In this document: positions 37,905-46,821 of the stretch, in pieces | How positions within the stretch are numbered: the first letter of the stretch is position 1 | Layout of the letters: each line of letters opens with the position of its first letter | NCBI GenBank assembly: GCA_024636495.1 | Contig: JAGXGZ010000028.1 | Location: forward strand, 30,750-94,749 | Length of the DNA stretch: 64,000 nucleotides | Origin: Roseobacter sp. | GTDB lineage: Bacteria; Pseudomonadota; Alphaproteobacteria; Rhodobacterales; Rhodobacteraceae | Reading direction: 5' to 3' | Position numbers and translations under genes: made by a program | The notes under the pieces: model-generated | Database searches by the model: none | Told to the model about the DNA's origin: nothing | The model's input: only the letters and a program-made list of their open reading frames with translations

Positions 37905-39965
37905 TCACTCGGCAGCTGTCTTGGCGAAGGCGTCCGTGGCGACGGGATCATCGTCGCCCGACACTTCGGAATCTCCGATAGCCGGTTCGCCGCCGTCTTC
38001 CGCCGTTTGCTCTTCGCTTGTGTTGGTGTCTTCAACCGAAGCCGATTCATCGAGGTTGTCGACTAGTTCGAATGCCGGGCCATCCTCCGCCGGCAGTGGC
38101 GGCGTGCGCAGCGGTTCCGGCAGCCAGCCGGTGCCCGCCAGCAGATCCTCTGCAGCAGTGACCATCTCCGGCTTCTTGAGGCCTGAGATGCGGTCGGCGG
38201 CGTTCTCGCCCTTCGCTTCGTGAACGGCCTCGAGGATGCGGGCCTTGGTCACGCGACCGAGATAGCTGTCGCCCGTTACCACCCAGCCAACCTTGGCCAT
38301 GTCGAGCCCGACAGTCCCGGCCAGCACATCCGCATGCGCGATCGCGTGGGGGCGGCGCTGGTAGGGATCGTGGACGGCATTCACGCTCATCGCCACGCAG
38401 TGTGCGAGCAGCGCCTCGCGGCTGCAACTGTCGAACTCGGTCAGCGCCTCCCAGAGGTCTTCCGACGCCTTGGGCAGATTGCGCGCCCAGGTCTCGTGCC
38501 GCTGATCGATGGCCTGCGCATAGGCCGTGTCGCCAAGGCCCAGCACTTGCGACCCGAAGGCCGCGTTGCGCGGTTCGATCTCGACGCAGCTGTCGATGCC
38601 GTAACGGTAGAACAGCCGTAAAGTCATCGCATGGAGCGCCGCGAGGTAAGCGGCCTGCGGGTCCTGCGCCAGTGCATTGCGAAGCGCCAGAGTGCGATGC
38701 GCCGTCAACTCCATGATGAGGCGGTCGGAGAGCGGCTTGAGGCCATCTTCTTCCTCCTCGTCTTCGGCGGCGGGCGCGACGGTGTCGTCCGCATCCTCGA
38801 CGATCTGAGTTTTAGCATCGGCGTCGCCGGTCTCCTCCATTTCCTCGACCAGTTCGTCTTCAGCCCGCACATGGCCGCGCTCGACGCGCAGCCGCCCAGA
38901 ACTGTCGATGCTGACAAAGGCACCCGCCAAGGCCAAGTCTACCGCCTCGAACCGGATCGGGCGGTCCTGTAATGCTTCCATCGCCGTCTCGATTTCCCCG
39001 AGCCGTGCGTCGACCTCATCGGGCAACTCATCCACCTCGGCATGGTCGGCCTCGAGCGCGTCGTATTCGGCTTTCAGTGCCTGATAGTCGGCGGCCTCAA
39101 CGTCGCTCATCGGCTCTGCCTCGCCATGAATGCGCCGCATGCCAAAGGTGTGCCCATAGGGAAAGTCGGTGTCGACCTCGACCCACTTCCAGCCCTCGGC
39201 CCGGATCACTGCGGCCTCCTCGGCCAGCTTTTCGGTCACCATGACGTCGAGTAGGCTGGCGTCTTGCAGCCAGCCGCCGTCATCCTGCTGGAACAGGTCG
39301 CGCAGGATGTCGCCCCCGGCCTCGACATAGTTGTCGAGCCCCACGAACTGCGCCCGCTTGTCCGAGGCCCGCACCGCGCCCTCGGTCAGCATGCGGCGGA
39401 TTTCGTAGGGCTGCTTGGAATAGTGCCGCTGCAGCGCCTCCCAAACCTGTTCCTGCCGCGCGTGGTCAGGGTTGACCGTGAAGGCCATCAGCTGGTCGAG
39501 CGTCATTTCCTCCTCGGCGTAGACGTCATGCAGCGCGGGTGCGACGGCGGCGAGCTTCAGCCGCTGCTTGACCACGCTGGCCGAAACGAAGAAGGCGGCG
39601 GCGATCTCCTCCTCGGTGCAGCCCTTCTCGCGCATCGCCTGAAACGCGCGGAACTGGTCCAAAGGATGCAGCGGTGCGCGCTGGATATTCTTAGCCAGGC
39701 TGTCTTCTTCCGCGAGGCCATCCATGCGCACGACGCAGGGCACAAGGGCAGTCTTGTTCAGACGCTTCTGCTTTACGAGCAGCTCCAGCGCCCGGAACCG
39801 CCGCCCACCGGCTGGGATTGTGAACATGCCGGTCTCGGCACCGTTGTCGTCCAGCACGGGCCGCACGGTGATCGAGGCCAGCAGCGTCCGCCGGGCGATA
39901 TCCTCGGCCAGCTCCTCAATCGACACGCCCGCCTTGACGTGGCGCACGTTCGATTGGCTGAGCAT
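37905..39965 (-). CDS. ICE ParB/RepB/Spo0J-like protein, 5'-truncated
   Basis: LSQSNVRHVKAGVSIEELAEDI, GGRRFRAL and LHPLDQFRAF motifs; the usual ~20 N-terminal residues are replaced by DUF932 DNA. Confidence 0.8.
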   Translation of the reverse strand: MLSQSNVRHVKAGVSIEELAEDIARRTLLASITVRPVLDDNGAETGMFTIPAGGRRFRALELLVKQKRLNKTALVPCVVRMDGLAEEDSLAKNIQRAPLHPLDQFRAFQAMREKGCTEEEIAAAFFVSASVVKQRLKLAAVAPALHDVYAEEEMTLDQLMAFTVNPDHARQEQVWEALQRHYSKQPYEIRRMLTEGAVRASDKRAQFVGLDNYVEAGGDILRDLFQQDDGGWLQDASLLDVMVTEKLAEEAAVIRAEGWKWVEVDTDFPYGHTFGMRRIHGEAEPMSDVEAADYQALKAEYDALEADHAEVDELPDEVDARLGEIETAMEALQDRPIRFEAVDLALAGAFVSIDSSGRLRVERGHVRAEDELVEEMEETGDADAKTQIVEDADDTVAPAAEDEEEEDGLKPLSDRLIMELTAHRTLALRNALAQDPQAAYLAALHAMTLRLFYRYGIDSCVEIEPRNAAFGSQVLGLGDTAYAQAIDQRHETWARNLPKASEDLWEALTEFDSCSREALLAHCVAMSVNAVHDPYQRRPHAIAHADVLAGTVGLDMAKVGWVVTGDSYLGRVTKARILEAVHEAKGENAADRISGLKKPEMVTAAEDLLAGTGWLPEPLRTPPLPAEDGPAFELVDNLDESASVEDTNTSEEQTAEDGGEPAIGDSEVSGDDDPVATDAFAKTAAE

Positions 39966-40363
39966 CGGTGGTTGGTAAGTCCGTATTGGAGGTTGATGCC
40001 CGCCAACGGCGCGGGCAATTGACGCAGATAGGCGGCAGGCGCGCCGACGAGGCTGGATAACTGCCCAAAGCTCCAATGCGTTGGCGCGATGGGTTCGTCG
40101 GCACCGGGCAAGACGAGCCCCAACTTCTCAGGATTATCACGATGCGCCTCGACGCGGATCGCAGCGCTTTCCACCGTGCGCGTCCGGCTGCGCTCGGCCC
40201 GGCCCTTCACCGAAGCGAAGAGGTCGTCGAGCGACAGATACCGCTCGTCATCCGGCCGCGAGAACCATTCGGACGACACGCGGTCCACGTTTGTGCCGCG
40301 CGACACATCCACTTTGTAGCCGCCGTTGATGTCACGCCCGGCATCGATAATTTCGGTATTCAT
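39966..40363 (-). pseudogene. N-terminal third of a DUF932-family protein, truncated by deletion
   Basis: SSEWFSRPDDERYLSL and PTHWSFGQL...APAAYLRQLPAPLAGINLQYGL; homology ends at the parB junction. Confidence 0.8.
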
Positions 40364-40454
40364 GGATTTTCTCCTGCGACGGGCGGCCGAAACCCTCTCT
40401 CTCGACCTCCAAACCCGTCACGGACCGGGAAAGCGTTCCTCTCACTCTCTGTGA

Positions 40455-41543
40455 TCACTCGGCTGCTAGGTGAGCGGACGGGAACGACGCGCGCGCCGCG
40501 GCTAGGCCATGCAACGCTTCCGGCCGAATATGCGTATAGCGGCGCAGCATCTTCCAATCCTTGTGCCCGGTAACCAGCGCGACCTGTTCGATGGCGAAGC
40601 CTGCTTCGAACAGACGACTTGTGCCTTCATGTCGCAAGTCGTGGAAGTGCAGGTCCTTGATATTGACCTCCACGCAGGCGCGCCGGAAGGCTGTTCCGAC
40701 AGATCGCGAATTGTAGGGAAACATCCGGCCCGTCGCGCGCCTAAGCTCCTTGGCCTGCGCCGTAACCAGCGCCCAGGCGTCGAACCCGGTTGCGGCAAAG
40801 AGCGGGATCCGCTGGTCGTTGCCAGTCTTGTTGCGCGGATCTTTCCGGTCGCGGATTAGGAGCATGCGCCGATCAAGGTCGAGATCCGTCCATTCGACCC
40901 GGTAAATCTCGTCGAGCCGCATCGCGGTGGCCACTGCAAACTGCACGATCCTAGTCATTGGCAGGGTGAGGCGTTCGTTGTCATCGAAGCAGCGGAAGAG
41001 CCGGTTCAACTCATCCTTAGTGGGTCGGCGATCCCGCTCGGTGCCCTTGCCGATCAGCCCGAGACGCTTGAGCGCAACACGGGCCAGATCAACGGGTTCC
41101 GAGGAGATGTCGAGGCCGTGTACGGCTGCAGCATGGGTTATGATCATCTTGGTTACGCCGATATCGATGCCAAGTGTCACCGGACCTGCGCCTTGCTCCG
41201 CGCGCATCTTGCCATAATCGATCATCTTTTGGCGATCCAGGTGCCCGATCCGTTCCTTGCCCAGATCGCGCTTCAAGGCGGAAAGGGTCGCGGCCTTGCT
41301 GCGGCGCGGTGGTTTGCCTACCTCGCACATATCGATTATGTGAAGATCGATGAGATCGCCAAAAGTTGCAAGGCGGGACACGGATGACTTGTTCGGGGCC
41401 AACCCCTGATCCACTCGGGTCTCGGCCTGGCGGGCCCAGCGGTGGGCGTCATCGCGCAGGAGAAATGTCTTGCTCGCGTAGCGGCCCTTTCGTCTGATCT
41501 GGACCCGGTAAGCACCGGAGGGGAGTTTTGTGATGGAGGCCAT
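40455..41543 (-). CDS. int: Tyrosine integrase, dusA-associated type
   Basis: AMRLDEI (R), RKDP (K), HDLRH, GH and RRYTH (Y): catalytic set appears intact; divergent from dusA. Confidence 0.92.
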   Translation of the reverse strand: MASITKLPSGAYRVQIRRKGRYASKTFLLRDDAHRWARQAETRVDQGLAPNKSSVSRLATFGDLIDLHIIDMCEVGKPPRRSKAATLSALKRDLGKERIGHLDRQKMIDYGKMRAEQGAGPVTLGIDIGVTKMIITHAAAVHGLDISSEPVDLARVALKRLGLIGKGTERDRRPTKDELNRLFRCFDDNERLTLPMTRIVQFAVATAMRLDEIYRVEWTDLDLDRRMLLIRDRKDPRNKTGNDQRIPLFAATGFDAWALVTAQAKELRRATGRMFPYNSRSVGTAFRRACVEVNIKDLHFHDLRHEGTSRLFEAGFAIEQVALVTGHKDWKMLRRYTHIRPEALHGLAAARASFPSAHLAAE

Positions 41544-41656
41544 TTTCGTGTGCGCTGTGTGTGCAATGAGTCGTCGTAGAGGGGCAAATTCGGGGGTATT
41601 GGGGCGTAGTGCAGCGTAGCAGCAACCGCCGCCAACAGTTTAAAGATACACAAAAA

Positions 41657-42658
41657 ATGCAAATAAATCAACACGCTAGATTATCTATTGCGCCTATGAT
41701 GGATTGGACAGACCGCCATTGCCGCTATCTGCACCGGCTCATGTCCAGACACGCGCTGCTTTACACCGAAATGGTGACGTCGCCCGCGCTTGTGCGTGGT
41801 GGGGCGCTTCATTTGTTGGATCACAACCCGCAAGAGCATCCTGTCGCGTTGCAATTGGGGGGATCGGACCCGGACGAACTGGCCGAGGCCGCCCGGATTG
41901 GTGCGCAGGCGGGATATGATGAGATTAACCTTAACGTTGGCTGCCCGTCTGACCGGGTGCAATCGGGCAGTTTCGGCGCTATTTTGATGGAGCAGCCTGC
42001 GCTTGTGGCCAAATGCGTGGGCGCGATGCGCCGTGCGGTTGACGTTGAGGTGACTGTGAAGTGTCGCATTGGCGTGGATGATCAGGATCCCGAAGACATA
42101 CTCCCCGAGTTTCTGGCCCATATCGTGGGCGCAGGCTGCGAGCGGGTGACGATCCATGCGCGCAAGGCGTGGCTTAAGGGGTTAAGCCCCAAGGAAAACC
42201 GCGACATCCCGCCTTTGGATTACGATCTGGTGCACCGGATGAAGGGGCTGTTTTCGAACCTGCACATCTCGGTCAATGGGGGAATAACGAGCCTTGATCA
42301 GGCGGAGGCATTCCTAGAGGGTGGCCTTGACGGCGTGATGATCGGGCGCAGCGCCTACCACAATCCTGCGGAAATCCTTTGCCAGGCGGACCGGCGTATT
42401 TTTGGCAAAGGCGAAGACACAACTGCGGAAAATGCCGTTCAGCAGATGTTGCCCTATATTGACGCGCATATTGACGGGGGCGGCAGGCTTAACCAGATCA
42501 CCCGTCATATGATGGGGCTGTTCGCGGGGCGCCCCGGTGCGCGGATCTGGCGGCGGATGCTGTCGGAAAACGCCTCAGGGCCGGGGGCGGACCGTCAGGT
42601 TTTGCTGGATGCGCTGGATGCGATGCAAACGCTGGCAGAGGCGCAAGAAGCGGTGTAG
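41657..42658 (+). CDS. dusA: tRNA-dihydrouridine synthase A
   Basis: APMMDWTDRHCR, LYTEM, EINLNVGCPSDRVQSG, VKCRIG and HARKAWLKGLSPKENR motifs. Confidence 0.95.
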   Translation: MQINQHARLSIAPMMDWTDRHCRYLHRLMSRHALLYTEMVTSPALVRGGALHLLDHNPQEHPVALQLGGSDPDELAEAARIGAQAGYDEINLNVGCPSDRVQSGSFGAILMEQPALVAKCVGAMRRAVDVEVTVKCRIGVDDQDPEDILPEFLAHIVGAGCERVTIHARKAWLKGLSPKENRDIPPLDYDLVHRMKGLFSNLHISVNGGITSLDQAEAFLEGGLDGVMIGRSAYHNPAEILCQADRRIFGKGEDTTAENAVQQMLPYIDAHIDGGGRLNQITRHMMGLFAGRPGARIWRRMLSENASGPGADRQVLLDALDAMQTLAEAQEAV

Positions 42659-42689
42659 CAAAGCGTCGAACCCATTAAGGAGCCTGCAC

Positions 42690-43511
42690 ATGCCCGATAC
42701 CATAGTTTTAATCGAGATGATCGCGTTGATCATGGTGATCGGGGCGTTTGCGGGTGTGTTGGCAGGGCTTTTGGGGGTCGGCGGGGGGATCGTTTTGGTG
42801 CCTGCCTTTTTCTACGCGTTTCAGACACTTGGCTATGATGGCCCGCAATTGATGCAAATGTGTCTGGCGACGTCTTTGGCGACTATCATCGTCACCTCGC
42901 TGCGGTCGGTCCACAGCCACAATAAAAAAGGTGCCGTGGAGTGGGGGATTCTTAAGACATGGGCACCCGGGATCGTGATCGGCGCGGTGATCGGGATGCT
43001 GACCGTTGCCCAGCTGCGCACCTCTGTTTTGCAGGGCATTTTTGGCGGGCTTGCGTTGATTGTCGGGCTTTATATGGCCTTTGGCAGACCGCATTGGCGC
43101 CTGGGGCAGGCGATGCCGCGGGGGATGGCGCGCGCGACCCTCTCGCCTGCGGTAGGCTTTCTGTCTGTGCTGATGGGGATTGGCGGGGGCAGCTTTGGTG
43201 TGCCGTTGATGAGCCTGTTTAACGTACCGATCCACCGCGCCGTGGCCACGGCGGCGGGCTTTGGTGTGCTGATTGCGGTACCTTCGGTGATCGGGTTTTT
43301 GCTGGTTGCGCCGGGGGAAAACGCCCCGCCGCTTACAATTGGTGCCGTGAACTTGCCGACCTTTGCAATTGTGATCGCCATGACGCTGATCACCGCGCCA
43401 CTTGGCGTGAAACTGGCCCATTCGATGGACCCGAAACCGCTGAAACGTATATTTGCGGTGTTTTTGATCCTTGTTGCCCTGAATATGTTGCGCAAGTCGC
43501 TGGGATTGTGA
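42690..43511 (+). CDS. TSUP (TauE/SafE) family membrane protein
   Basis: AGLLGVGGGIVLVP and LMGIGGGSFGVP repeats; AAGGAG RBS. Confidence 0.9.
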   Translation: MPDTIVLIEMIALIMVIGAFAGVLAGLLGVGGGIVLVPAFFYAFQTLGYDGPQLMQMCLATSLATIIVTSLRSVHSHNKKGAVEWGILKTWAPGIVIGAVIGMLTVAQLRTSVLQGIFGGLALIVGLYMAFGRPHWRLGQAMPRGMARATLSPAVGFLSVLMGIGGGSFGVPLMSLFNVPIHRAVATAAGFGVLIAVPSVIGFLLVAPGENAPPLTIGAVNLPTFAIVIAMTLITAPLGVKLAHSMDPKPLKRIFAVFLILVALNMLRKSLGL

Positions 43512-44260
43512 CCCGCTTGCCCGAAAGCGGGTTCAAGGTTTTCGATGCAGATGCGTCTGTTTTGCGGTGGGCGCAGGCTGCCCATAAAGTCGCGTTGGAT
43601 ATTGTGCACGATCCGGCACAGCGCGCCGCCAATCTTCGCCATGGGGGCACGTGGTTTGTGGGCGTCGACGCATTGCCAAATGACACCGATGGCAGCATCA
43701 ACGGCGTACCGCTTGGCGGGGACTGGCGCGATGGGATCAGCGCACCACAAAGCTGGCACCGTGCGCAGCTGTCTGTCGTATATCCGGGCTATCCCCGCCA
43801 AGATGCGGGCGAAACTGAGGCCGCGCATCGGTTCAGGAATATGCGTCATGCGGCGCATGTAGACGGGCTGCTGCCCGAGGGGCCTTTGCGCAGACGGTAT
43901 TTGCGCGAATGGCACGCATTTATTCTGGGTTTGCCATTGAACGATGCGGATGCAGCACCGCTGATGGTCTGGCCCTTCAGTCACCTGATTATGGGGCCTG
44001 CATTGCGCAGGGCCATTGCGGGCCGTGATCCTGAAACCGTCGATCTGACCGACGCCTATCAGGCCGCGCGCCGTCTGGTGTTAGAGACAAGTGACCCGGT
44101 GCCGATTGTCGCAAAACCGGGGCAGGCGATTTTGTTGCACAGGCATATGTTACACGGTGTCGCCGCGTTCGCGCCGGATCAATCCGCGCCCATAGAAGGC
44201 AGGATGATCGCCTATTTCCGCCCTTTGATGACGCAGGGTGCGCAGGCTTGGGTGTTTTAA
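43508..44260 (+). CDS. Hypothetical protein with possible HxD...H metal triad (2OG-Fe(II)/PhyH-like)
   Basis: AAHVDG and LLHRHMLHG; GTGA overlap with the TSUP gene. Confidence 0.65.
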   Translation: MTRLPESGFKVFDADASVLRWAQAAHKVALDIVHDPAQRAANLRHGGTWFVGVDALPNDTDGSINGVPLGGDWRDGISAPQSWHRAQLSVVYPGYPRQDAGETEAAHRFRNMRHAAHVDGLLPEGPLRRRYLREWHAFILGLPLNDADAAPLMVWPFSHLIMGPALRRAIAGRDPETVDLTDAYQAARRLVLETSDPVPIVAKPGQAILLHRHMLHGVAAFAPDQSAPIEGRMIAYFRPLMTQGAQAWVF

Positions 44261-44446
44261 GCCAAACCAGACCAGAGTATTTGGGAAACAATCTAACACG
44301 ATTGGTTCGCTTTTACGCAGTAATTCCATGTTCTCGCCCCAATCTCGCCTTAACTTCAGGGCAATTAACAAAATCAGAAGGGTTAACCCCGATAAATGAG
44401 CCACGAGACAGAATCATCGTGGCAATTTGAGACGAGAGGCAGAGCA

Positions 44447-44650
44447 ATGACAGTTGAAGTTCAAAACACGTTCAAAAACGTAGTTGCGTTAAAGTCGAAA
44501 AGGCTCAAGACCGCCTATTGGACCTTGGCGCACCACTTTCAGCCCGTCGATATTATCCCATCCGCAAACGACAATTACGCACCGATTGCGCACGAGGGTG
44601 CGCAAACCAGTGAACATCTGTTGGAATTTCTATATGGTGTTGCCCGCTAG
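44447..44650 (+). CDS. Small hypothetical protein (67 aa)
   Basis: GAGG upstream of ATG 44447; fills an otherwise empty gap; contains SANDN. Confidence 0.45.
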   Translation: MTVEVQNTFKNVVALKSKRLKTAYWTLAHHFQPVDIIPSANDNYAPIAHEGAQTSEHLLEFLYGVAR

Positions 44651-44895
44651 GACTTCTGATCCTGCCGTCTGGCCAGCTTTGCCGCTCTACCGCCGCGGCG
44701 TTTCGTCTGCTCGCCTGCGCGCAACGGTAGCTCTGCCATCACGGCACGCCGCGCTTCAGTGCTCATGCGCGACCATGCTGTAATCTCGTCGATGGACCGT
44801 AAACATCCGGTACAAAGCCGTGTTTCAGGATGCACAACGCATAGTTTGACGCAGGGGCTTTCGACCTCGTCACGTTTCCATATGTTATCGGTCAC
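44647..44895 (-). CDS. DUF1289 family Cys-rich protein
   Basis: SPCVKLC...CTGCLRSIDEI..W motif. Confidence 0.88.
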   Translation of the reverse strand: MTDNIWKRDEVESPCVKLCVVHPETRLCTGCLRSIDEITAWSRMSTEARRAVMAELPLRAGEQTKRRGGRAAKLARRQDQKS

Positions 44896-45377
44896 AGCAT
44901 CTCTCCTTGCGCCCGGATCACCCGCAACCGGTCCAGTACCCCTTGCAGAATATAGCCGGCTGCCACGTGGTCAATCACCTCTGCGCGACGCTTTCGGGAC
45001 GTATCCGCCTCAAGCAAGGCGCGTTCTGCGGCCACCGTACTGAGGCGTTCATCCCAAAAGCTGATGGCAATATCCCCCAGCTTGTCGAAATTGCGCGCAA
45101 ATGCTCGCGTCGATTGACAACGCGCCCCTTCCGATCCGTCCATATTCCGGGGCAGCCCCAAGATCAGCCCACCAATCCGGCGATCCGCAATGATCTCGTT
45201 CAAGCGTGCCGCATCAAGGCCGAATTTCTTGCGCCGCACCGTTTCAAGCGGGGTCGCAACCGATAAAAAGCTGTCTGTTACAGCCACGCCAATGGTCTTT
45301 TCGCCCAGATCCAAGCCGATCAACGCCTGCATCGGCGGAAGTGCTGCAGCAAATTCAGTGATATCGTCGTAGATCAT
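44892..45377 (-). CDS. ruvX: RuvX/YqgF family nuclease
   Basis: GLDLGEKTIGVA, GLPRNMDG and WDERLST motifs. Confidence 0.93.
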   Translation of the reverse strand: MIYDDITEFAAALPPMQALIGLDLGEKTIGVAVTDSFLSVATPLETVRRKKFGLDAARLNEIIADRRIGGLILGLPRNMDGSEGARCQSTRAFARNFDKLGDIAISFWDERLSTVAAERALLEADTSRKRRAEVIDHVAAGYILQGVLDRLRVIRAQGEML

Positions 45378-46600
45378 TGTGCAAGGTTCGCCCGTTCGCC
45401 TGCGCGAAGGATCACATCGGTCGCTGCGGGGTTGTCTGCAAAGACCTCTATCGCATTGTCATAGATGGCCTGCGCTCGGTCTGTCTGGCCCAGCACGCCC
45501 AAGCTTGAAATCAGCCGCGCCCAATCTTCGACAGGGCCGCCTTCGGTCGCCAGACGCTCTGACAGACCATCAACCATTGAGCCGATCATCTCCATCCGCT
45601 GGGCAGGGGTCATATCCTGCGCGGCCTCAATATCACTCTCGGATGGCCCACGCAGAGCGCCTGCGCCAATCTCGGGGACCGTGTAATTGACGCCTGCCAA
45701 CTCGGCCACAGGCTCGATCTGCGCCAAAATAGGTTCGATCCATGCCGCATCCGCAGGGCCACGGCGCAACAACCCGTCCCATATCCGAAAGCCCTGATCA
45801 GGACGCCCGGTCTGGATCAGCATCAGCCCCCAATAATACCGCGCGGTTCCGTTTTCGGCGTCACGGGTCAACACCGCACCCAACACGTCTTCGGCCTCGG
45901 GCGATACATAGCCACCTGCCGCCATAATCAACAGTTCGGCGTAGCTTGAGACTTCCTCGACAGAAGCATCGGCCGCTTTCAGGCGCACCACGGCAGCCTG
46001 CGCATCGGCGGCGGCGGCAAAATTGCCCACGCGCGCCTCGTTTTGTGCCAGCAAGGTCTGGCCCTGCACATCATCTGGCCGCTGCGCGACCGTTTCGCGC
46101 AGTCGGGCCAACAGCGCTTCGTACTCTGGGCTCAGTTCGGCCCCGAGGTTGGCATTTGGCACACCTTCCAAAGCATCGGCCTGGCTTGGTCGCGTTTCGC
46201 GCAGATTTGCAGCGAATGCGATGCGATCTTGCAAGGCCAGATCACCATAGCCGGGCGCACCAAGCGACAAATATGTAAACAGCGATCCGCCCACCAAAAT
46301 AACTGCAATCACTGCCATCAAAATCTTTGACGGCTGCGCACCGGGCCGTATTGCATCTGCCCGGTTTGTATCGGCAGCAAGAATGCGGCGCGAAATCTCG
46401 GTTTTGGCCCGTGCTGCGTCTTCTTGCGACAGCACACCGCGTGCAACTTCGCGTTCAACTTCCGCCAATTGATCGCGGTAAACCTGCAAGTCTTGCTCAA
46501 CGCGCGAAGGCCCCGGGGTCGTTGCCCCACGCCACAGGGCGCGGACCAGTAAGACAGTCACAAGGGCGGCGCCAGCGGCGGCGATGATCCAAAAGCTCAT
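45374..46600 (-). CDS. ccmI: c-type cytochrome biogenesis protein CcmI/CycH
   Basis: VYRDQLAEVERE...EISRRIL, LGAPGYGD, TPR-like region. Confidence 0.9.
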   Translation of the reverse strand: MSFWIIAAAGAALVTVLLVRALWRGATTPGPSRVEQDLQVYRDQLAEVEREVARGVLSQEDAARAKTEISRRILAADTNRADAIRPGAQPSKILMAVIAVILVGGSLFTYLSLGAPGYGDLALQDRIAFAANLRETRPSQADALEGVPNANLGAELSPEYEALLARLRETVAQRPDDVQGQTLLAQNEARVGNFAAAADAQAAVVRLKAADASVEEVSSYAELLIMAAGGYVSPEAEDVLGAVLTRDAENGTARYYWGLMLIQTGRPDQGFRIWDGLLRRGPADAAWIEPILAQIEPVAELAGVNYTVPEIGAGALRGPSESDIEAAQDMTPAQRMEMIGSMVDGLSERLATEGGPVEDWARLISSLGVLGQTDRAQAIYDNAIEVFADNPAATDVILRAGERANLAQ

Positions 46601-46821
46601 AGGGGTCGCATCCAATCCTTTATTCGCACGCACGTCTAAACGGTGTTGGCCTGTGACAAAAGGGGCCATATCGCTGTATCGGTGCGGCTATTTTGTCCGA
46701 TTGCGGGGGATGTCGTAAAACTGATAAAGAATGCCGCGCGCAGTATCCTCTTTTTTGCCTGCGCGCCCAGAAAGAACCCAAACGCGCGTCGATGCGCGAA
46801 TCCATGCCGGGGACCGCTTCC

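Larger units (their letters stand above)
33622..41700 (-). mobile_element. Collapsed relic of a dusA-integrated ICE/genomic island (int, DUF932', 'parB, fusion ORF, parDE, qseC/qseM, fseA, rdfS); left boundary approximate
   Basis: Co-oriented ICE backbone genes next to dusA. Sample lines gave ~68% GC at 38341-38400 and ~43% at 37081-37140. No relaxase, traG or trb genes. Confidence 0.85.

Noticed and set aside
37905-40076. The 723-aa version of parB in the ORF track
   Set aside because: Its first 37 codons are out-of-frame DUF932 DNA upstream of a deletion junction.
44350-44387. Canonical CtrA box
   Set aside because: TTAA spacings are 11 and 14 nt, not 7; only half-sites are present.
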